A stretch of DNA of 64,000 nucleotides from Methanotrichaceae archaeon (GCA_963754945.1 CAVWIG010000007.1:32001-96000); one strand, 5' to 3'; shown: positions 43,111-53,575, numbered from the stretch's first letter. Program-made: numbers and translations. The notes: generated from the letters alone by a model not told the origin.

Positions 43111-43145
43111 ATGGGGGGAGCATGTCAATCACATGCTCCCCCCAT
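43111..43145. terminator. Perfect 15-bp stem-loop
   Basis: ATGGGGGGAGCATGT-caatc-ACATGCTCCCCCCAT. Confidence 0.6.
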
Positions 43146-43564
43146 CAATCCTGTTCACCAAATAGCTGCTTGCCGGATAATCCCTATCAATAGGCCTGGA
43201 GGGCAGCAGGGCCTTTGGGGTAAAATAAATTTTGTGTTGCTCCCTCGCTATATTTTCGTATAAATATTATATTATTAGTCCCTGATTGAGTATGATTCTC
43301 GCAGTCGTCATTATGTACAAAGGAGCGTACTGGCTTTGGTTTTTCATTTGCTCTCGATATTCTTATTGAGCTGGATTCCCCTTTCTCATAGTCCCCTTCC
43401 GGAGTTACTCTTTCAGAAGAGTTTAAGTTTAATTTACCAACTCATATTAATAATTATAGTACACGAAGTGATATTGACTCCGAGCGAAAAACTGACCCAG
43501 GCAACCTTGAGCACCTAAATTTTCAATCCTCGCAGTTGCTTCACTCGCCTTATGGATGTATAAT

Positions 43565-43710
43565 ATGCAGCCAATACTAAAGCGTTGTTGCGGAATCGAC
43601 GTGCATAAGTCTATGGTCGAGGCCAGCATTGCTCAATGTCCTTTGGACAAACCTCCTAAATTCATGACGAGGACATTCTCCACTATGACTTCAGACCTCT
43701 TGAAGCTGAC
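43565..43710 (+). pseudogene. N-terminal remnant of an IS110-family recombinase
   Basis: MQPILKRCCGIDVHKSMVEASI...RTFSTMTSDLLKL matches the IS110 DEDD N-terminus (GxDVHK). Similarity ends abruptly. Confidence 0.75.
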
Positions 43711-43942
43711 AGCATTCCGTTTGGAAAAGGTCAGAGCGGCCTTACTGGACTTATTATCGTTAAGCTTTAAAGACCGACTTCCTGAAACCTTCGCAATTCC
43801 AGCAGAACGAGATCTTGGCGGGCGCAGTGACGTTCACGATCGGCCTAGTGGCGATAGTCTGGTTCTGCACTTGACTTGATTGCTTGGGATTCTTGGCTCC
43901 GAAATATTAGTGCCTATTGAAATGTCGGGGTATCGGTGTCCT

Positions 43943-44131
43943 TCACTGGCTGTCCATCCTGAGATGCCCTTGAAGCTTGAGCTTCTTCAGATAAGGCTGC
44001 CGCTGCCTGTACTGAATATCCAGATATCTCATCATATCCTGATATCGGTTGCCCGAGGTTTGGGAGAATGCTTGTGTGGTAAGCAAAGAAAGCAAAACTA
44101 AGGACGTTAAAATGAATAATCTAATTCTCAT
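43943..44131 (-). pseudogene. Truncated secreted-protein gene
   Basis: Clear signal peptide MRIRLFILTSLVLLSLLTTQAFS with an early stop, abutting the IS110 remnant. Confidence 0.35.
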
Positions 44132-44281
44132 GATCTATGACTTCCTGCTCTTGGATGCTATATCAATAACCTAGCATGCAAGCCCGGAATTAGCAGCATT
44201 TACTTCTGCTTATGTCGCCTGCCAAGCCATAGAATTCTCACCATATTTTCTTATTGTAGAATCCAAAAACTCATTCTGTCT

Positions 44282-45466
44282 TCAAACCTTGTCAAGAGCC
44301 TGATCCAGATCAGCTATGATGTCTTCTGCGTCCTCAATGCCGGCAGAGATCCTCACGAGGCCGTCGGTTATTCCGATTTTCAGCCTCATATCTCTAGGCA
44401 CTATGGCATGGGTCATCGAGGCCGGATGCTGGATCAGCGTGTCAGTGGACCCCAGGCTGACCGACAGGAGGCAAAGCTCCACTCCATTGATGAGCCTATG
44501 TCCAGCCTCCACACCTCCTTTTAGCTCAAAGGACAGCATGCCGCTGTAGCCGCTCATCTGCTTTCTGGCAGTATTGTGCTGGGGATGACTGGGCAGGCCC
44601 GGATAGCTGACCCATTCCACCTTTGGGTGCGACTCCAGGAACTGTGCCACGGCCCTGGCGTTAGTTGCATGTCTTTCCATTCGCAGGTGCAGCGTCTTGA
44701 GGCCGCGGATGCACAGCCAGGCCTCGTGAGGGCCCATGGTTACGCCTAATAGCGTCGTCGCTCGGCTCATGGATCTGATCAAGTCTCTGGATCCAACGAC
44801 CACCCCTCCCAACAGGTCGCTATGGCCTCCTATGTACTTAGTGCAGCTCTCCACAACCAAATCCGCACCCAACTCCAGTGGTCTCTGAAAGTACGGCGAA
44901 GCGAAGGTGTTGTCCACTACTGATATGGCACCCGCCTCTCTCGCAATCCTGGCTATTTCTCGTATGTCGCAGACCGACATTGTTGGATTGGCTGGCGACT
45001 CAAGGAAGACCATCCTGGTGTTTGCTCGAAGAGCGGCCTTCACCTCTTCCAGATTGGTGGTATCCACATAGCTCACATCGATGCCGAGCTTCGGCAAAAT
45101 GGAGGAGAACAGACCGTAGGTGCCTCCATACAAGACGCTTGAGGAAATCAGGTGGTCTCCACTCTTCAGTTGGGAAAGGACAACAGCGGTCTCTGCTGCC
45201 ATTCCGGAGGAGAAGGATAGGCCAGCCTCTCCTCCTTCCAGGGACTTCATCTTCTCTATGAGCGCAGCATGAGTGGGTGTGTTCGGCGGAGACCTGACAT
45301 ATCTGTATCCAGGCTCTTTCCCTGAAAATACGGCTTCAGCTTGCTCAGCGCTGTCGAATAAGAAGGTAGATGTTTGATAGATAGGCGTTGTATGAGCCCT
45401 GTATTCCGGGCTCGGTCCCTCTCCGGCATGGACGCATCTTGTGCCGAAGCTCAAGTCTTCTTTCAT
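44282..45466 (-). CDS. PLP-dependent trans-sulfuration enzyme (methionine gamma-lyase-like)
   Basis: PIYQTSTF, FSSGMAA, ESPANP, VVDNTFASP, ESCTKYIGGHSD, SLG...HPASMTH. Confidence 0.92.
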   Translation of the reverse strand: MKEDLSFGTRCVHAGEGPSPEYRAHTTPIYQTSTFLFDSAEQAEAVFSGKEPGYRYVRSPPNTPTHAALIEKMKSLEGGEAGLSFSSGMAAETAVVLSQLKSGDHLISSSVLYGGTYGLFSSILPKLGIDVSYVDTTNLEEVKAALRANTRMVFLESPANPTMSVCDIREIARIAREAGAISVVDNTFASPYFQRPLELGADLVVESCTKYIGGHSDLLGGVVVGSRDLIRSMSRATTLLGVTMGPHEAWLCIRGLKTLHLRMERHATNARAVAQFLESHPKVEWVSYPGLPSHPQHNTARKQMSGYSGMLSFELKGGVEAGHRLINGVELCLLSVSLGSTDTLIQHPASMTHAIVPRDMRLKIGITDGLVRISAGIEDAEDIIADLDQALDKV

Positions 45467-45670
45467 CCGATTATCAATCCTTGGATTTTAGTTGGTGCTG
45501 TTAATATAAACTTTTAACTTTAAGCACTGTAGAACTATCTGCAAATCATCTGAGAATCCTGAACATTCTCATCAGGTATGCCGCCATCATTAGGAATATA
45601 TATTAAAAGTTACACTTTATGTCACTGTTGCATTTGTTGTACTCTAACCAAGAGCAAACAGGAGAACTTC

Positions 45671-46641
45671 ATGCCAAGATTGCGCATCATGACCTTCAAC
45701 GTCGAGAACCTCCTGGTTCGCTTTGACTTCAAAGGAAGCGACCAGGGGCTTGCTTCACTGCTGGATGTGGATTCAGAGATTGACCGAGCAAACCTGATCC
45801 GAACTCACTGGAACGTCATCAACGACGAAATAGGGTCTTCACAGCCCTTTCCATAAAAGAGGGCAGTCCAGATGTAGTTTGTCTTCAGGAGGTCGATAGC
45901 TTCCACGTCCTGAAGTCCTTTCACGATAAAGTACATCTCCAGAATCTCCGGCTTGCACTATCCGCACAAGGCTCTGATTGAAGGCAACGATCCCAGAGGC
46001 ATAGACGTGGCGGTTCTGAGCCAGTACGCATCGATTCAATGGCAACTCACCAGGATTTCGTTGATGTAAGCTATGGCCCTTCTGGGATGAAGCAGGAACG
46101 AGTCTTCAAAAGGGACTGCCTGGAGGTTCGGATAGCGAAGGAAGGAAAGATTCTGCCCATCTTCGTCTGCCACTTTAAGTCCATGACCCCCAGCAGAGAT
46201 GAGACGAAGCCTGCTCGCGAGGCAGAAGCCAGAGCCGTCAAGAAGATCCTCCAGAATCGTTTCCAAGACCCTTCAAAACGCGACTGGCTGGTCGTCGGCG
46301 ATCTCAACGATTACACAGAGACGGATGGCATGCCGGATAGTCAGCACTCTTTGCACCCTCTTCTTGATAGCGGCTTCTCCGATGATCTTGTAAAGAGGAT
46401 ATCCGACCCCAGGGATCGATGGACCCATTATTATTCCGGAGACCGCAGCTACCACCAGCTTGACTACATACTGGCATCGCCATCGCTGGCGGCAAAGAAC
46501 AGTGGTGTGTTTCCGAGGATCATCCGGATGGGATTGCCCTTCCGAGCCGAAAGGTACAGCGGGAACAGATGGCCTAGAGTGGGTTACGACCGCCCAAAGG
46601 CTAGCGCTCACTGCCCTGTGGTTGTCGATCTTGATTATTGA
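45671..46641 (+). pseudogene. Endonuclease/exonuclease/phosphatase family gene with 3 frameshifts
   Basis: MTFNVENL, CLQEV, GNDPRGIDV, HFKS, GDLND and LDYIL are spread over different frames (shifts near 45830, 45930, 46030). The catalytic SDH reads SAH. Confidence 0.85.
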
Positions 46642-46695
46642 AACGAACAAGTAGGGAACTGCTATTCGCAAGGCGTATCAATCGGCTCAATCGGG

Positions 46696-48699
46696 TCATC
46701 TATTAGTCGTCTTACACAAATTACGGAATATCTTTGAAGCCTGGGCAGCGGCAATGCAACCCTTTGTGCATCTTCCGCAACGGTTGCACCTATTCTCATC
46801 GACTGAGAACGTCCCCTCAACGGTAACGGCTTCTCTTTTACAGCTCTTCTCGCATATTCCGCAGCGAGTGCACGTTTGGACCCGCAGTACGGTCTCTACA
46901 ACCTTCGCGAGAAGATCATCGGCTTTTTCTTTTGGAGCGACCACGAGAAGATGCCCGTCGGCAAAGATAGTGCACTTGCCCTCCTTGGTTTCAACGATCG
47001 CAGTGCCTAGATCTTCTGAATATTTTACAGTTCCAAGTATGTTCAAGGCATTGGCCACATCTGAGAAGGGATGGTTTTGCGGAACTGCAAGGTTCGCCTC
47101 GATGGAATAACCTGCTCCACAGGGAGATCGGCCTTTTACCAGATCGAGCCCCACCTCTTTCTTCCTACCGGGACCAGCCTTCAGGTCGATTCCGTGTGCC
47201 TTTGCGATCTCAAAGATCTTGGGCGGATGGGAGCGCCACCGCCAGAAGCCCCAGTCAACGTGTCTCATGTCCAGTGAGCTTGCCTTTGCCCAGTCCAGCA
47301 GGTAGGATGTCCATTTTTCATAGAGCTCCGGATGCGTCCTCTTCGTATTTGCAAACTCAGACTGGAGAGATGCCGGACAGAGCCAGCAGCCAATCCTCTC
47401 GTAATCCTTTTCGTATAGGGGGTTGGGCTCAAGATTGTTCCAGTAGATGTAGAGCATGACCTCCAGAGCTTTCCAATTGCGTATTGGGCTGAGGGTGATC
47501 TGGTTTGGTACGAAGGGGTTCTTCTCTACGGCACCAATTCTGGAACGGCTGAAGGACTCGTAGATCCGCCTTCCATCAATGGTCACGCAGCCCTCGGGGT
47601 AATGGTGCTGTATGAATGTCGTAAGCGGTCCAAGCTTGTTGGTCTTACAGCACCACCGGAAGTCCTTCGCCGGAGGGCCGTAGTTTTGGACATCCTCGAA
47701 AAACTTGTTCTCCCCTTCGATCACACGAAGGTTGAGGTTATGAGCCTTGGCAAGGCTGTGCACATAGTCCACAGTATCCGGAAACTCCAGCTTGGTGTCG
47801 ATGAACAGCACTTCTGCCTTCGGGTGAACCTTGAGTCCGAGGCATAGGCAAGCAAGGCTATCCTTTCCGCCGCTGAAGGAGACGTTGACGGGAAGCTTTG
47901 ACCGTGAGATAAAATCTTCCAGCTCTCTTATTGCTTCCTTCTCCAACCGTTTCAGGTGTGCCTCGTTGGCCAATATCACGTCTTCCCTGCTTGGGGTAGC
48001 TTCGTGAAGCTTGAACTGCTCCTTGGTCAGTTCTTTCGCTCTTATGGAGAGCGAGCCTTTACCCTTCTTGCGAACTACACCTACACCAGTGTATTTCCCT
48101 ATTCTCAGGATAACTGATTCGCCTTCCGTCAGATCATCGGGCTTTTTTATGATGCTCTCGTTTTCAATCCACTTTCCTTTGATGTGTCCACTCAGCAGTT
48201 CCTCGCTGCAGATAACAACGTTCTTGCTCGCAATATCGGCAAGCATAGCAGCCCCGGCGAGCTCCAGGTCTAGCTGAAAGGATCCTGTTGTTATATCGAA
48301 CCATAGGGTGGCTATGTGGTGACCGTCAATGAAGACCTGGTCCCTTCTGTCGATGCCGGCTATCTTGTTCAACAGGATTGGGCGTTTCTCAAGGAAGCCC
48401 GCCCAGCCGTAACTCTTGGTGAACATCTCCTTCAGCAAATCCCTTCCGGAGATTGAGCAGAGACGGACGTCTGAAGGAGGCGAAAGATAGATGCGCTTGC
48501 CTGAGTTTCCGCAGATTGAGCACCTTATGGAGAGCAAGGGGACGTTGCAGGTCTCGCACCAAAAGATCTCGTTGCCGCCGGGGGCGAAGGTCTTTCCCCG
48601 CTCTTCTCTTTTTACAGCTCTAACGCTATCGCCTCGCTCCCTGGTGGACTGTTTAGAGACGGCTTGTCCGGGGATGGATTGCCTTGGACGGATTCTCAT
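46696..48699 (-). CDS. PAPS reductase-family protein with N-terminal Zn ribbon/PUA-like and C-terminal 4Fe-4S domains
   Basis: WCETCNVP, SFSGGKDS, RWCCKTNK, RIGCWLCP, two CxxCxxCxxxC. Confidence 0.92.
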   Translation of the reverse strand: MRIRPRQSIPGQAVSKQSTRERGDSVRAVKREERGKTFAPGGNEIFWCETCNVPLLSIRCSICGNSGKRIYLSPPSDVRLCSISGRDLLKEMFTKSYGWAGFLEKRPILLNKIAGIDRRDQVFIDGHHIATLWFDITTGSFQLDLELAGAAMLADIASKNVVICSEELLSGHIKGKWIENESIIKKPDDLTEGESVILRIGKYTGVGVVRKKGKGSLSIRAKELTKEQFKLHEATPSREDVILANEAHLKRLEKEAIRELEDFISRSKLPVNVSFSGGKDSLACLCLGLKVHPKAEVLFIDTKLEFPDTVDYVHSLAKAHNLNLRVIEGENKFFEDVQNYGPPAKDFRWCCKTNKLGPLTTFIQHHYPEGCVTIDGRRIYESFSRSRIGAVEKNPFVPNQITLSPIRNWKALEVMLYIYWNNLEPNPLYEKDYERIGCWLCPASLQSEFANTKRTHPELYEKWTSYLLDWAKASSLDMRHVDWGFWRWRSHPPKIFEIAKAHGIDLKAGPGRKKEVGLDLVKGRSPCGAGYSIEANLAVPQNHPFSDVANALNILGTVKYSEDLGTAIVETKEGKCTIFADGHLLVVAPKEKADDLLAKVVETVLRVQTCTRCGICEKSCKREAVTVEGTFSVDENRCNRCGRCTKGCIAAAQASKIFRNLCKTTNR

Positions 48700-48801
48700 G
48701 AATTGTCACTGGCGATGTTGGCAAGGATATTTAACTTTTGGCGAACAAAACAGAAGGGCGCAAACTTCTGACCCTCCTGACAGGGCATGATCATAATCCC
48801 A

Positions 48802-49041
48802 TTATTTCAAATCCATGAATTTAGATGCGTTTTGCAAATTAGATAACAGTTCTGATCCTTTGGACGTTATTTTGAAGAATCTCCCTTCTTTCAGTATCAT
48901 TTCTCGATCAATGAGCCACTTTAGATAACCTTCAGCATTCTTGAAGTTGAGGTTGGCCTTATACACGATTTCAGTCTTCTTGGCCTCATCCTTGCATATG
49001 AGGAGTATGCTTCTAGCGATCTCCAATTTATCACGTTTCAT
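48802..49041 (-). CDS. Small winged-helix protein (HTH_45-like)
   Basis: KRDKLEI..IL...KTEIVYKANLNF...ITSKG. Confidence 0.88.
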   Translation of the reverse strand: MKRDKLEIARSILLICKDEAKKTEIVYKANLNFKNAEGYLKWLIDREMILKEGRFFKITSKGSELLSNLQNASKFMDLK

Positions 49042-49086
49042 AAGAAGACGCTCCTTTTGACGATTGAGACAGATGGCTCGAAAGTA

Positions 49087-49377
49087 TTAGGTTATAATCG
49101 AAAGCTCAGCAAGTCCAGTTGCGCTGTTTGGTACTGCCTCATAAATCGTACCGTTGATTGCCACCTGAACATAGCCCTCTTTGGGTGTTGCGTTGTAATT
49201 GTGAGTGGCCAGGAAAAAGGCCAAATCTTCAACTGTCATGTGAGTGTCGTGGTACTGCGAGATCATCTCTGTCAGATCATGGTTCTCGACCACTGCTCCG
49301 AATGCGGGATTAGCTGAAACGAATAAAGTGAAAGTCAGAGCAGCCATTAAGTACGATACAATCTGTCTCATCATCAT
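49087..49377 (-). CDS. Small secreted hypothetical protein
   Basis: Signal peptide and DLAFFLATHNYNATP. Confidence 0.65.
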   Translation of the reverse strand: MMMRQIVSYLMAALTFTLFVSANPAFGAVVENHDLTEMISQYHDTHMTVEDLAFFLATHNYNATPKEGYVQVAINGTIYEAVPNSATGLAELSIIT

Positions 49378-49819
49378 GAGTCATAGGTAGTTCCAGCGGA
49401 TATAAGGCTCCAGGAAAAAAGTCTTCTAAGTGGTAAGTAGAATCATTGTTACGGTATCAGTAGTACGAATTTGGCATTCAAGGTTATTACTGGTGAAGCA
49501 ACCCCAGCACATCAACCTTCTGGATAGCATCTGCCCTGGAAGAATCTAACAGCTCCTAAGGCACATTCCGCACTTATCGTCATCATCCCGTAGGTGTACT
49601 TCTCCTCTGAACCACAAAGTGACCGGACTTTCGGTACAGGAGAATCTGTATAGTTCCGACTTCGCACTGTCCTATGTGTGCTAGGTATCGTTCAGGACGA
49701 CCAAAACTGGCAGAATGGCACGAAACTCTAGATTGGCCACTCACAGGCTTCTAGGTTGTTAATGGCCACATGCAAAAATTTATGAACATTAAACGCCCAA
49801 TACTATTGGTGGTTTTGTA

Positions 49820-50713
49820 ATGAAATTCAGCCAATCGATCATCATAATGATCGCGATCCTGGCTGCTGCGACGGTCGTCTCGGCCCAAACAGTCAGCGTC
49901 GATCAACTCAAGCAGATGACGGAGAAATCAGCAGGAAATCTCACCAGGTACACGTACACGAGGTCTGCACAGAGCGATTTCCTTTTCACCAATGCTTCGC
50001 TTAAGACCGAATTCAATGCTCATAAGTCCACGAATGGGCAGGTAGACCTGGTTAACAAATCGGGGTGGTGGAGTTCAAACCTAACTGACGAAGAGAGCAG
50101 AAATGTACTCAATTGGGAGGGCTATTTTGTGGGCAGTTCCGAGTATTGGAAGCAGGGCCAGAACTGGACGAAGTTTCCCGTCAATGACACCGCCCGGATG
50201 ATGCAAAATTACAATGAGATTCCCGGAGAGGTTAATCTCCTAAAGTACTCCAACTTAAAAATAGTCGGCTCAGAGAAGTTCCAAGGCGAAGATACCTATA
50301 AGCTCGTCGGCTCGCCTTTCGAGTTCATATGCAAGGGAATTTGTGGTCTCGAGCTACTGTCGGCCTACATCCAGTCACCCTTACCAATGCCAGAGAAACT
50401 CAAAAACGGAACGTTGGATATCAATACAACTGGCCTGCTGAACAACAGCCACACAGTACTGACTGCCTGGGTATCCAAAGATAAATATCTCCTGAGGAGG
50501 TTGAACATCAACTCAAGCCTGACTGTTACACCCAAGATACTGAATATCTCTTCTCCGGACTTCAAGATTGTGAGCACAATGAATGAATCTACAGTTTACA
50601 ATAACTTTGGATCACATCTGAATATAGTGCTTCCCAAAGAGGCTCAAGGCCCGTATTCTCCCATCAAAGGAACGGATTGGAGATGGGCAGTCTTCGGATC
50701 GATAAGACCTTAA
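49820..50713 (+). CDS. Secreted protein, LolA/LppX-like fold candidate (DUF6612-like)
   Basis: Signal peptide. Y-x-K..NWTK, GSEKFQGEDTYKL, WVSKD.Y and I.LP.EA patterns. Confidence 0.6.
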   Translation: MKFSQSIIIMIAILAAATVVSAQTVSVDQLKQMTEKSAGNLTRYTYTRSAQSDFLFTNASLKTEFNAHKSTNGQVDLVNKSGWWSSNLTDEESRNVLNWEGYFVGSSEYWKQGQNWTKFPVNDTARMMQNYNEIPGEVNLLKYSNLKIVGSEKFQGEDTYKLVGSPFEFICKGICGLELLSAYIQSPLPMPEKLKNGTLDINTTGLLNNSHTVLTAWVSKDKYLLRRLNINSSLTVTPKILNISSPDFKIVSTMNESTVYNNFGSHLNIVLPKEAQGPYSPIKGTDWRWAVFGSIRP

Positions 50714-50730
50714 ATCGGGGGTTAATGAAT

Positions 50731-51303
50731 ATGACAGGCAAACTTAATAAATGGAAATTGGGATTCTTGTTCGCCGGGCTTTGCACTGTGGTAATTCTAG
50801 CCACAGTACTGACGGTTGCTGGACAGGGCACGTATTCCTCCGGATCTTATCCATCCGTCTCGTCTGCTTCTGGATCTTCGGCTTCAACCCCATCAACCTC
50901 CAGTTCAGATAGAGCTTACTGCGTGGGATTGGGTTATCTCTACAGATCAGCCCCAGGAATAAACAACGGCCAGGGATTCTGCCAATTCGGAGGCAATAGC
51001 TGGTGTGATGCCCATACCTTTGCCACCGGGTCGTGCAGTCCCAGCTCTTATGGCTTCAGCAACCCGTACGGGTACTACTATCCGAACTACTACGGTGTTT
51101 ATCCAAGTGGGCTGAACTACGGTGGGTCGATCAATTCATGTCAGGACTATGGTGGCAGCATGCAAAGTATTCATACCCCATATGGAGACGTTAACGAGTG
51201 TGTCTACCCGAACGGAAGTCCGATGAACTTCTATGGTCCATACGACGGATATCTCGGAGATAACTGGTACTACTACGCTTACAACTACCTGAACTCACCT
51301 TAG
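50731..51303 (+). CDS. Secreted Tyr/Gly-rich protein with two DUF333-like Cys domains
   Basis: Signal peptide, Ser linker, YCVGLG..GFCQF..WCD and CQDYGG..ECVYPNG. Confidence 0.6.
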   Translation: MTGKLNKWKLGFLFAGLCTVVILATVLTVAGQGTYSSGSYPSVSSASGSSASTPSTSSSDRAYCVGLGYLYRSAPGINNGQGFCQFGGNSWCDAHTFATGSCSPSSYGFSNPYGYYYPNYYGVYPSGLNYGGSINSCQDYGGSMQSIHTPYGDVNECVYPNGSPMNFYGPYDGYLGDNWYYYAYNYLNSP

Positions 51304-51561
51304 CGTGGAAAGCGTATAAACTATTTTTTTATTTTTGGTAATTGGTATTTTTCGCACCTAACTTCAAGTTATGTTATACCTTATATTGTTCATATGAATA
51401 TGATTTGGGGTTTATACTTATGTTGAAAGGCTGTATCAAGAAGCTTAAAAATTCGGGCTAAAGCCTCACTGGCGGATAGAGAATACGATATAAATTTTGC
51501 TCAAAAATAGCTAAAAGAAAGTTAGGTCCAATTACATGGACTCAATTCTCGCAAGAAGCAA

Positions 51562-51696
51562 TTATTTTGGTTTAGAGGATTTCCCTTTGAGTTCCTCTTT
51601 AAACGTCTCGATAATCTCGCCAGCACAGACCTTACAGACACCCTTCTTTCCGACTTCTTTCTCTGCCGGTTTTCCGCAAAATGTACATATCGCCAT
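51562..51696 (-). CDS. 44-aa zinc-finger microprotein (not in ORF track)
   Basis: MAICTFCGKPAEKEVGKKGVCKVCAGEIIETFKEELKGKSSKPK*. GGTGA RBS upstream. Confidence 0.7.
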   Translation of the reverse strand: MAICTFCGKPAEKEVGKKGVCKVCAGEIIETFKEELKGKSSKPK

Positions 51697-51734
51697 GATT
51701 AAATCACCGTTCTTAATAAGAACTTCTTAAGCAT

Positions 51735-52100
51735 TTAAGGTTTCTCCTCCGTTTCCTCTACCCATTTGTGATGCACGCCGTAAGCCCTCCAAACAGCCTG
51801 CGTCCACAGCTCGACACGCCTTCTGTGCTCTTGTGGATTTGTCGCTTCCAGCACATCGGCCACTGTGACGCTTCCCCGGTCGTCCGGTGCCTTCAAGTCC
51901 GGAAAGCCCCGGTATTTCTGCCTTACCAACCGGCTCAATTGCCTATCCTGAAAGCCGATAGCGGGTGAGCTGCAGCGGTATAGGATGAAATAGAGGCGCA
52001 GAAGGTGAAATGCGTTAGACCTAGGGCTATGAGTCTCTGAGTGCTGAAGAACATAGCAGTCAACCGAAAAGCAGATGCACTGCCCCGTATTCCGGATTGC
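51735..52100 (-). pseudogene. DUF5946-like protein, N-terminus apparently degraded
   Basis: VDCYVLQH...HLLRL...GSVTVADV...H...V.LW...VW.AY. No convincing start. Confidence 0.55.
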
Positions 52101-52345
52101 CGTATTCCAGGAAAAGAACCTTGCCGAAAAGATCATCGCACTTTTCGCCTTCCACAAGGGGAGCTACCACAGTAAGGGCAGGCAAATTTGAATTGTTGGC
52201 GGGCTGCCGTTGGAGGCGAAGTCGGCGAAGTATGTGATGAGAGTGATGAAGGAGATGAGGGCATCATAATTTCTCGAATCTCTTTTCGCATGTTCCTATT
52301 TCACTTCGTAGGTGTCCGCCGTTATCCGCTCATACGGTCTCACAT

Positions 52346-53575
52346 TCACGGCGCAGGAACCTTTTCGGGCACGATCTCAGCTTCGAGGGTGAACCTGCCG
52401 CCTTTGACTGCAACGATGGTCACGCTCTTCTGCGGAACGTGGCTGCCGTTGGGGTAGCTGATATTGCCTGTGACGCCCCGGAAATCCTTCGTATCCTGTA
52501 TGGCTCTTTGAATCGCCTTAGGGTCGGTCGAACCAGCACGCCAGATGGCATCGACCATAAGCCGCATCGTATCATATCCAAGGGCTGCAAACGCATTCTC
52601 TGGGTTGTGGCCGTACTCCTTGTTATAGGCGGTGATGAACTTCTTGACGCCCTCATCTCCGCTGTTCGGGTCCATCAGGGCGTGGGTGCTGAAGTAGACG
52701 TTGTCGGAAGCATTGCCCTCCAGATTCAGAATCTCCGGAGTGTCATAGCCGTCCCCGCCCACAATCGGACCGACAAGACCGGCATTCCGGAACTGCTCGA
52801 TGACCGTGCCTGCATTGTACGGCATTGCGGCGATGTAATAGAAATCAGGCTTATCGGACATATTCTTCAGATCGGCTATCTGCTTCGAGATATCGGTTTT
52901 GTTGTCGGTGTACGTATCTTCGAGCACCACATCCCCGCCTAGATCCTTGAAGCTGCCCAGGAAATAACCGGCTAACAGCACCGTATAATCAGCGCTCTTA
53001 TCCACCAGGAGGTATGCTCTCTTGCCGAAGTGCTTGGCTGCAAACTCCGCTCCTGCTGCAGCCTGAACGTTATCTCCAAAGCAGGCCAGGTAGACCATGT
53101 CGCCTATCTGATCCGGGATCTTCGGCGAGGTAGCACCCACAGTTATGAACGGCAGACCTGCTTTCTGGAATATCGGGCCTACGGCCAAAACAGAATTCGT
53201 ATCGGAAAATCCTATGCCCGAGATGACCTTGTCAGAGTCCACGAACTGCTGGGCTATCTGGGCTGTTAGGTTCATATCGTACCTGCTGTCACGCACCACT
53301 AGCTCGACTGGTCGTCCGAACACGCCACTCTCGGCGTTGATCTCTTTAAGAGCGAGCATGGCCCCATTTGCGGCCGGTCCATCAAGGGCTGATTCTCCAC
53401 CCGTCAATGCGAAGCCGCCTGCAATCTTTATAGCTTCACCACTTGCCAATTGGGCTGCCTGTTGATGTGGTGCGTTCTGCGATACATTTGCGGACACGGC
53501 ATGTACGATGGCCAACGAGATCAGTATCAAAAACAATGCAAATATAAAAACAGGAATGTATGTTCGTTTCATCAA
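52346..53575 (-). CDS. Branched-chain amino acid-type ABC substrate-binding protein (orphan)
   Basis: Signal peptide, IKIAGGFALTG, INAESGVFGRPVELVVRD, AALGYD, FRGVTGNI. Confidence 0.9.
   Translation of the reverse strand: MMKRTYIPVFIFALFLILISLAIVHAVSANVSQNAPHQQAAQLASGEAIKIAGGFALTGGESALDGPAANGAMLALKEINAESGVFGRPVELVVRDSRYDMNLTAQIAQQFVDSDKVISGIGFSDTNSVLAVGPIFQKAGLPFITVGATSPKIPDQIGDMVYLACFGDNVQAAAGAEFAAKHFGKRAYLLVDKSADYTVLLAGYFLGSFKDLGGDVVLEDTYTDNKTDISKQIADLKNMSDKPDFYYIAAMPYNAGTVIEQFRNAGLVGPIVGGDGYDTPEILNLEGNASDNVYFSTHALMDPNSGDEGVKKFITAYNKEYGHNPENAFAALGYDTMRLMVDAIWRAGSTDPKAIQRAIQDTKDFRGVTGNISYPNGSHVPQKSVTIVAVKGGRFTLEAEIVPEKVPAP

Noticed and set aside
49400-49790. 400-bp intergenic stretch as a structured ncRNA
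   Set aside because: I could not identify a convincing fold or a known motif by eye.
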